Positions 1-6,352 of a stretch of 12,357 nucleotides of DNA are shown in pieces (within the stretch, counting starts at the first letter, position 1; each line of letters starts with the position of its first letter). This DNA comes from Thermoplasmatota archaeon (GTDB lineage Archaea; Thermoplasmatota; Thermoplasmata; UBA10834). Under the pieces are notes generated by a model. It ran no database searches. It saw only the letters and a program-made list of their open reading frames with translations, and was not told where the DNA came from. Made by a program: the position numbers and the translations under genes. The stretch is from assembly GCA_040751795.1 (NCBI GenBank), contig JBFMHR010000009.1, positions 1-12,357 on the forward strand, in the 5' to 3' direction.

Positions 1-125
1 GGCTTCGCGCGGCTCCCCCGACCGGGGGGCTCCGCCCCCCGATACCCCCCGTACACAACCGTCAACCCCTGGGGGTGGGTCAACTTTCGCGGAGCGGATG
101 GGTCAGTTTTCGCTTGCCGTCTCGA
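1..125. mobile_element. Probable IS21-family-like element end (tandem subterminal repeats, GC hairpin)
   Basis: Direct repeats TGGGTCAACTTTCGC (76-90) and TGGGTCAGTTTTCGC (99-113), 13/15 identical and 23 bp apart, followed by TTGCCGTCTC. The pattern resembles the reiterated transposase-binding repeats at IS21-family ends. The canonical terminal CA is not clearly present and no transposase lies in the window. Confidence 0.5.
23..41. repeat. Perfect GC hairpin CGGGGGGC-TCC-GCCCCCCG
   Basis: 8-bp perfect inverted repeat with a 3-nt loop. No U-tract follows, so it is not called a terminator. Confidence 0.7.
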
Positions 126-139
126 TCGGTCCCCGGCAC

Positions 140-151
140 GACGACATCCTC
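140..151 (-). mobile_element. Possible IS256-family terminal repeat remnant (GAGGATGTC read leftwards)
   Basis: GACATCCTC at 143-151 is the exact reverse complement of GAGGATGTC at 12233-12241. The match extends to GAGGATGTC-GTC vs GAGGATGTCCGTC with one gap. Confidence 0.35.
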
Positions 152-178
152 TATCTGCCAGCCTGGCGGATGGGGGGC

Positions 179-742
179 TCACTCTGCCCGCCGCGCGCGC
201 TGGCCCTCCGCCCACGAGCGCCAGCCGCCGTCGGCGCTCCTGAGCACGATCTCCTCCAGCCAGCCGGCGAGCCGCGGGTCCTCCCCGCCGGTCCGGGCGA
301 CCAGTCGCGCCGCCCCCTGGATCGCCGGCAAATAGCCCGGAAACACCTCCAGCGCGGCCTCGTAGGCCTGGATCGCCTCGTCGGTCTTGCCGGCCCGCTC
401 CAGCGTGATGGCGAGGTTCAACCGGGGATCGGGGTGGCCGGGCATGAGTTTTCGCGCCCACTCGAACTCGCTCGCCGCCTCGTAGAGCTCCTCCCGGGCG
501 AGGTAGAGGACGCCGAGGTTGTTGTGGGCGGGGCCGAAGAAGAGGTCGGCGGCCAACGCTTCCCGCAGGAGAGTCTCGGCCCGTTCGGGATCCTCCTGGA
601 GGAGATCGGCCGCCTCGCGGTTCAGGGCCTGGGCGCGGACTGTATCCCGCTCCGCCTCCGGGGACGGGGAGTAGGGGCCGGCGGGAGTGCTCCGGCAGCC
701 CAGTGCCAAGGAGAAGAGGAGAAGCAGCCCCCAGCCCTTCAT
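179..742 (-). CDS. TPR-repeat lipoprotein, pilotin-like (PilF/PilW/Tgl type), 187 aa
   Basis: Signal peptide MKGWGLLLLFSLALG followed by Cys16 (lipobox). TPR helices are AHNNLGVLYL..., PRLNLAITLERAGKTDEAIQAYEAALEVFP. The start overlaps the secretin stop (ATGA, 739-742). Confidence 0.85.
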   Translation of the reverse strand: MKGWGLLLLFSLALGCRSTPAGPYSPSPEAERDTVRAQALNREAADLLQEDPERAETLLREALAADLFFGPAHNNLGVLYLAREELYEAASEFEWARKLMPGHPDPRLNLAITLERAGKTDEAIQAYEAALEVFPGYLPAIQGAARLVARTGGEDPRLAGWLEEIVLRSADGGWRSWAEGQRARRAE

Positions 743-2883
743 CGGATGACCCTCGGCTCGAGGCGCGGGCAGTCATCGGCGAGGCCCGCCGTCTGCAGGT
801 CCCGCTCGCTCATGAACCGCAGATCCTCGAAGCGGGCGTTTCTGAGCACGGAGCAGCGCAGGAAGACGAAGAAGCGGGAGCGTTCTTTCGTCTCCGACCG
901 GCTCCGGAAGAGGGCCCCGACGAGGGGAAGACTACCCAGGACCGGGACGCGGGAGGTGGCCTCGGTCTCCGCCTCGATCTCGAGCCCCCCGACGACGACG
1001 GCGTAACCGTCGGGCACCGTCGCCACGCTCTGGAGCTTGTTCTCCTGGCGGGGCGGCGGGATTCCCGGATCCGCCGAGTCCCCGACGAAGCGCGAAAGCG
1101 AGACGCTGTAGTCGATGAGGAGCCGATCGCCAGAAGTGATCTGGGGCGTGACGCGGATCTGGGTGCCGGCATCCAGCGTCCCGCCGAAGGAGGTGGTCGC
1201 GACCGTGGTGGAGGCGTTCGTGGCGAGGAAGGGGGTCTGGAGGATCGAGTCGAGGGTGGCGGTCTGGTGGTTGTTGACCAGCACCTTGGGGACGGTGAGG
1301 GTGCGGCCCTCGTTGAGGGTCTCCAGCGCCCGCAGGACACCGGCGAAGCTCCCCGGATCGAGGAGGATCCCCTCGAAGCCCGGGCCGGAGGGGGCGGGGA
1401 GCGAGCGATCCGCGGGCAAGACCTCGCCGGCGAAGAGGGTGGAGACCTGGCCCAGCACGCTGCCGATGCCTCCGCGCTTGGAGAGCGAGACGGCGAGGTC
1501 GCGGGCCTGGCTGTCGGTGAGAGTCACGACGAGCGCCTCGACCAAGACCTGGGGGTGCTCGACATCGAGCGAAGCGACGAGCCGCCCGAGCTCATCGAGG
1601 AGGCGGGGGGGGCCGATCGCCAGGATGCGGTTCGTGCCGGCGTCCTGCGCGAGGGTCACGTCGAGACCGTTGTCGTCAAGTGTCGCGACCTTCTCGCCGG
1701 TCCCGCCCTCGGGAACCGCTTCTGCCGCGCTCCCGTTCTCGGCCAGCGCCGGCAGCTCTTGGCCTCCGAGCAGGTTTTGCAGCAGGGCGAGCATCTCGTC
1801 CACGTCGCGGTTCTTGATCGCGAAGGCCCGCAGGCTGCGCCGAGAATCGGGCTCGGTCGCCTCCAGCCGCGCCATCAAGTCCTCGATCGCCGCATGTTGG
1901 CTCGGGATGGCGGAGATCACGAGCGAGCCGGTGAGCTCGTCCTCGACGAGCCGCCAGGCCCCCGCGGCCGCCTCGCGGGGCACGACCTCCTCGATCAGCC
2001 GGGCGGTCTCGGAAACCTCGAAGCGCCGCGGCACGTACTGGCGGGTCTCGACCGCTTCTTCGTGATCCAGGAGGGAGATCAGGCTTTGCCAGCGCCACAT
2101 CTCCTCCTGCGGGGCGACGATCAGAACCGTGTTGGCGTGGGGATTGGCGAGCACGCTCCCCTCCGGCGCCCCGGCCTCGCTCTTGGCCATGGCCGCGGTC
2201 ACCCGCTCCAGAAGCCCCACGAGCAGAGGAGGCGAGAGATGCTCGGGCCGGACCTCCTCCACCACGCTCGGCGAGAGGGGGGTGTCGAGCAGCGCCAAGA
2301 GCCGGACCGCCTCGGCAACCTGGGGTCTGGGGCCGGCGAGCAGCACCTGACCCGCCTCCGCGAAGACCTGCACGAGGCTGCCGCTCGTCGAGAGGATCTG
2401 CTTCAGGGGGGCCTCAACGCTGCCGCCGTCCACTGCTCCCAGGGGAGCGATGAGCTTGACGAAGCCGGCCCGGGCCGCGTCGAGTGCCCCCTCCTCGACC
2501 CGCGCGAGCTTCGCGGCGTCTTCGAGCGCCACCACCGCGATCGTCTCTTCCCCCGGGGCCTGGACGCTGGCGAGACCCTGCGCGAAGAGCAGGCGGTTCG
2601 TGAGCGCCCACAGTTCTTCATCGCTCAGGCCCGGCCCCGAGCGCAACACGATCCGTCCGCCGATCTTCTGCCGGTCGTACTCGAGGGGGATTTTCAGCGC
2701 GCCGGAGCAGAGGTCCAAGAGGCTCCCGAGATCGAGCTCGTCGGCGAAGGCATGCCAGCGGGGCGAGTCTTCCGGGGCGGGGGGCGAGCGCGATTCCGCG
2801 GTCTCCTCGGGCAAGGGCCGGCGCTGGGCGGCCAGGGGCGCGGCGAGGAGGACGAGGGCCAGGAATGCTCCCGGACTTGGCAC
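739..2883 (-). CDS. gspD: Outer-membrane secretin, type II secretion GspD-like (~714 aa)
   Basis: Secretin motifs include PQVLVEALVV, LTVPKVLVNNHQTATL, AGTQIRVTPQI, VPDGYAVVVGGL, VPVLGSLPLVGALFRS. Repeated Secretin_N units end in ...LLALLD/...LISLLD/...LMARLE/...LVASLD. The likely start is GTG at 2883, giving signal peptide (M)PSPGAFLALVLLAAPLAAQ. The upstream 270 codons of the called 984-aa ORF are low-complexity and overlap another gene. Confidence 0.9.
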   Translation of the reverse strand: MPSPGAFLALVLLAAPLAAQRRPLPEETAESRSPPAPEDSPRWHAFADELDLGSLLDLCSGALKIPLEYDRQKIGGRIVLRSGPGLSDEELWALTNRLLFAQGLASVQAPGEETIAVVALEDAAKLARVEEGALDAARAGFVKLIAPLGAVDGGSVEAPLKQILSTSGSLVQVFAEAGQVLLAGPRPQVAEAVRLLALLDTPLSPSVVEEVRPEHLSPPLLVGLLERVTAAMAKSEAGAPEGSVLANPHANTVLIVAPQEEMWRWQSLISLLDHEEAVETRQYVPRRFEVSETARLIEEVVPREAAAGAWRLVEDELTGSLVISAIPSQHAAIEDLMARLEATEPDSRRSLRAFAIKNRDVDEMLALLQNLLGGQELPALAENGSAAEAVPEGGTGEKVATLDDNGLDVTLAQDAGTNRILAIGPPRLLDELGRLVASLDVEHPQVLVEALVVTLTDSQARDLAVSLSKRGGIGSVLGQVSTLFAGEVLPADRSLPAPSGPGFEGILLDPGSFAGVLRALETLNEGRTLTVPKVLVNNHQTATLDSILQTPFLATNASTTVATTSFGGTLDAGTQIRVTPQITSGDRLLIDYSVSLSRFVGDSADPGIPPPRQENKLQSVATVPDGYAVVVGGLEIEAETEATSRVPVLGSLPLVGALFRSRSETKERSRFFVFLRCSVLRNARFEDLRFMSERDLQTAGLADDCPRLEPRVIR

Positions 2884-3160
2884 CGAGGACCGATTCCGGG
2901 ACGCCGTTGCCGAATTCGGGACTATCCCCCTCGAAGGGAAGGGGAGGCTGCGGTAGGTTCTGCTGGCGACGAGAGGTCCACCCCCTGCCAGAGAGTGGGC
3001 AGGGGGGCAGCCAGAGCTGGCTGCCCCGCCAAGCAACAGCGGGTCTGATTGCAGCCCGTTCGAGCGGTTCACACACCGGCGGGGCAGCCGCCTTCTTATG
3101 GTGTCCTCCCCTTGCGGGGGGCGCGCGCGGGCAAGCATGGCTGGCCCACGGCGGTTCGGA
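2884..3160 (-). other. Highly structured 277-bp intergenic spacer upstream of the secretin gene
   Basis: Perfect stems occur at 2981-2989/2998-3006 (9 bp), 3004-3013/3018-3027 (10 bp) and 3019-3030/3078-3089 (12 bp). A CCCC-GCAA-GGGG hairpin lies on the minus strand at 3108-3119. Confidence 0.55.
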
Positions 3161-3916
3161 TCAGTCGGAGACGGCCGCGTTCCAGGCCGTCTGGACGGTG
3201 GCGAGATAGGTATCGACGTTGCCCTTGGCGGTCGCGATGTCGGCATCGCCGTCCACGCTCGCGAGGTAGTCCTGGACCGCGACGGGGAAGTCTTCGTCGT
3301 ACTGCTCGTGGATGCGACGGGTGGCGAGGGCGTCGGAGAGCTCGACCCAGCCCTCTTGGGTGCGGTCCTCGACGAGGTAGTGGACGGCGAGCCCCCAGAC
3401 GCGGTTGGCGCGGATGCGGCGCAGGATCGCGACCTGGTCGGTAGTAACGGTCGCGAGGCCGGCCTCGAAGTAGCGGTCGAGGAGGCCGTCCCGCGTGGCG
3501 GCCTGGGCGTCGGCGGCGAGCTTCGCCGCCTGGCAGCTCGCGAGCTCTTCGGGGCTCGCCTGGCCGCCGCGGACCTTGCGCACGAGCTGCGAGTAGGAGA
3601 AGTAGTCCTCCTCGTAGGCGGCGTCGGCCGCGGCGAGGGCGGTGGAGGCCTCGCTGATCTCCGATTCGACGGCGGCGACGAGGTCCTGGACATCCTGGGC
3701 GCCGATCACGCCAGAAGCGGCGAGGGCCGGGGCGTCGAGGCGCGCGCGCATGAGGACGTTGCCGAGGGGGGTGTTGGCCGGCGGGGGCGGCGGATCGGGC
3801 GCGGAGGGCGGAGAATCCACCGAATCGAGGGCCAGCGCGAGCCCCAGGACTCCCAGGGGAAGGAGGATGAGGAGGAGCCCCACGATCGAGGCTCCACGGC
3901 GAGGTGACGATTGCAT
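3161..3916 (-). CDS. Exported/membrane-anchored alpha-helical hypothetical protein (251 aa)
   Basis: GGAGG lies 6 nt upstream of ATG 3916. The N-terminus is MQSSPRRG-ASIVGLLLILLPLGVLGLALAL, followed by a Pro-rich linker and an Ala-rich acidic helical body. Third codon positions are strongly G/C. Confidence 0.8.
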   Translation of the reverse strand: MQSSPRRGASIVGLLLILLPLGVLGLALALDSVDSPPSAPDPPPPPANTPLGNVLMRARLDAPALAASGVIGAQDVQDLVAAVESEISEASTALAAADAAYEEDYFSYSQLVRKVRGGQASPEELASCQAAKLAADAQAATRDGLLDRYFEAGLATVTTDQVAILRRIRANRVWGLAVHYLVEDRTQEGWVELSDALATRRIHEQYDEDFPVAVQDYLASVDGDADIATAKGNVDTYLATVQTAWNAAVSD

Positions 3917-4074
3917 GGCAAGCCTCCAGAGGCCAAGAGCGGCCGGAGTTGAGGAAGAACGGGTGCGCGGCACGCGCCGAGCGGTTCACCGTCCAACCTA
4001 GCCGAGGATCCGAAAAAGGGAACAGGAAAAACACCTCGCACCCCTTCCCCTTCCCGGCGATGGGACGGAGACGT

Positions 4075-4109
4075 TGTAAAACTGGTCGTTCCGGGTTTCT
4101 GTGTAAAAC
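4075..4109. promoter_or_regulatory. Direct repeat TGTAAAAC x2, candidate regulator binding site
   Basis: Exact 8-mers at 4075-4082 and 4102-4109 in an AT-richer patch of the divergent intergenic region. Confidence 0.35.
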
Positions 4110-4379
4110 CCATCGAGATTCCCATCTCCCGGACGGACGAGATCGGTCCTGTTGCGAAAGCGAACATCGTCCCCCGATCGACTCCCTCAGCCTCATGGGC
4201 CACACCGTCCGACGGAGTCGCGCGCGGACCGATCGACGCATGCGAAAGGTTCGATGCGATCCGGGGCGGCCTGGGGTCTGGATCGGCGCGGGAGCCGCGA
4301 TGCAACGGCGGGAAAGCACGCAAGTCGTTGCGGGCGGAGCACTTCGCGCGCGCCGCGCGACTTCCGAGGAGAAAGTGGG

Positions 4380-4408
4380 TTGACGCGCGCGGCGGGCGCG
4401 CCTAGCAT
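4380..4408 (+). promoter_or_regulatory. Sigma70-like promoter for the rhs gene
   Basis: TTGACG (4380-4385), a 17-bp spacer and TAGCAT (4403-4408), about 150 bp upstream of the rhs start, in otherwise very GC-rich sequence. Confidence 0.6.
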
Positions 4409-4555
4409 GCCGGTGTGTGACCCGCTCTCTGTCCTTGCGCTCGCTCGCCCGCGTCCCGGCGTGTTGAGCTCTCGGCCTCCCGCGTAGCGGATCGGCCCGG
4501 CCCGCGCCCGGAGCGCGAGCGGCGGGCGTCCGACGCTCGTCGCAAGGTGATCTCC

Positions 4556-6352
4556 ATGCAATCTCGCTCCGCTCTCCGGACGTGGTCTCTTCTCGCTTTC
4601 GTCGCCCTGCTTGCCGCCGCGAGCTCCGCCTTCCTCCTTCCTTGGCGAGGCGCGGTCGCGACGACGACGCCGATCCTCGAGTTCTACGCCCCCTCGATCA
4701 CGACCTACCTGCCCTCGGGCGCGACGGCCGGCCAGGACGTGCGGCCGCTCGCTGAGCAGCGAGCGGTCAACCTCGACGGATCCCTGCGCGCCGCCCCCTC
4801 GGAGCTCATGGCGATCGCCGGCAATCCCTTCGAGAGCGCCTGGGGGGTCGGGCCGAAGGCGGGCGTGCGCCTCGAGACGGGCACCCATGCCCTCCAGGAG
4901 GTGGACATCGCGCTGCCGGCCGAAGGCTTCCCGTGGGTGATCGGGCGGACGTTCAACGCCCACCAGAAGGACTCGGGGGGATCCCACCGCGACAGCGACG
5001 GTTTTCAGGGCCACAACTGGTTCCAGAGCTCGCAGATGGAGATCCAGCTCTTCGAGGACGCCCAAGACAACGACGACGACGTCCTCTACCTCGTTTTTGG
5101 GGCCGAGCGTTACATCGAGTTCGACCGGGTGGACAAGGACCCCGACAGCGACACGTTTAAGGCCACGAACGGCGCAGCGGGCGTGGTGCTCTTCGAGGCG
5201 GGGGCCTCGGGCGAGCCGGACACCTACACGCTGATCGACCAGCACTCGAACGAGATCGTCTTCTTCGGCTTCGACGGGGATGCGGACCCGGCCGCCGGCC
5301 AGATCTGGAAGATCACCGACCCGGACGGGAACTGCGCGTACGTCGGCAACAGCAGCACGGGGAGCACCGCGATCTCCAGCGGCTACAACGCCTCCGGCTA
5401 CATCACGACCGCCTACGATCCCTCCGGGAGGCGCTTCTCCTACACCTACACGACGCTTGACAGCGTGGACCGGCTGACCCAGGTGAAGGCGGAGGTGAAC
5501 GACGGGGGCTGGGTCGAGGTCGCTCGCGTGGACTACGAGTACTACACGAGCGAGGACCACGGAGACGCGGGCGACCTGAAGCTCGTCGAGATCACGACGC
5601 CCCTCTCCGACTCGGGAGTGAGTGTTTCCCGCAAGAAGTACTACCGCTACTGGGAGGGGAGTTTTGACAGCTCGACGAACCCCGGCCACGTCCACGCGAT
5701 CAAGTACGTCGTCGGCTTCGAGGGGACGAGAAACCAGGACTGGGAGGACCAGAGCTTCGACGAGGACTTCCTCTCCTTGAGCGACGCGAACCTGGAACCC
5801 TACGCGGCGGCCTACTTCGAGTACGACTCGAGCCACCGGATCGACAAGTGCTGGGCGAACGGCGAGTGCGGGTGCGGGGGCGGGTGCGACGGGACGCACG
5901 AGTTCGAGTACGAGTCGAACGGCAGCTTCTCGGACACCACCGGTTCCTACGACACGGCCTGGAAGACGCGGACCATCATCAAGCGCCCGGACCTGACCTA
6001 CGAGACCTGGTACTTCGACGAGGCGGTGCAGGCGCTGCACCAGGTGATCACCGACGCCGACCCCGACAACACGAACCCTGCTCCCGCGACCTGGGCGACC
6101 AAGATCGTGCGGGACTCGAACGGCTGGGTCACGAGCATCCACTCGCCGGCGAACGTGACCGACTACACCCATTCGTCGGCCTCGTTTACCACCAGCACGA
6201 CCGCGGGCCTTGTGACCCACGTCGGCCGCGTGGACGCGAACGAGCTCAAGGGCTTCGTGGATGAGGAGAAGTGGTCGGCGGGAACATCGGGGACCGCCTA
6301 CTACGATACGGAGTGGGCCTGGACGAAGGCGGAGCTTGCCTCCTGGGGGGGG
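4556..6352 (+). CDS. rhs: Rhs/YD-repeat protein, N-terminal part (signal peptide + DUF6531-like domain + YD repeats), interrupted by a frameshift
   Basis: AAGGTGA SD-like site precedes ATG 4556. Signal peptide is MQSRSALRTWSLLAFVALLAAASSA. GVRLETGTHALQEVDIALPAEGFPWVIGRTFN is DUF6531-like. YD units include AYDPSGRRFSYTY. D/T/Y-rich coding quality stops at the G8 tract, after which this frame becomes Arg-rich nonsense until the stop at 6859. Confidence 0.85.
6345..6352 (+). repeat. G8 homopolymer at the rhs frameshift
   Basis: TCCT-GGGGGGGG-CACG. Removing one G gives ...ELASWGGTSLDEDIGRPF... and fuses both ORFs into one 2101-aa protein (4556-10862). Confidence 0.85.

Noticed and set aside
2884-3693. 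N-terminal 270-aa extension of the 984-aa secretin ORF
   Set aside because: It is Ser/Pro/Arg-rich off-frame translation overlapping the 251-aa gene and the structured spacer. A signal peptide begins at GTG 2883.
98-3907. Long plus-strand ORFs 98-1006, 703-3048, 1115-2065 and 3098-3907
   Set aside because: These are antisense shadows of the TPR, secretin and helical genes, as expected in high-GC DNA. They show no recognisable motifs.
3096-4487. ORFs spanning the divergent intergenic region (3096-4319, 3706-4323, 3904-4383, 4152-4487)
   Set aside because: They are Arg/Pro/Ser-rich, show no coding bias, and overlap a better-supported gene and promoter.
6261-6350. Independent start of a 1533-aa Rhs gene at ATG 6261
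   Set aside because: The first ~30 codons are off-frame sequence overlapping good coding sequence of the upstream half. A frameshift explains both ORFs better.
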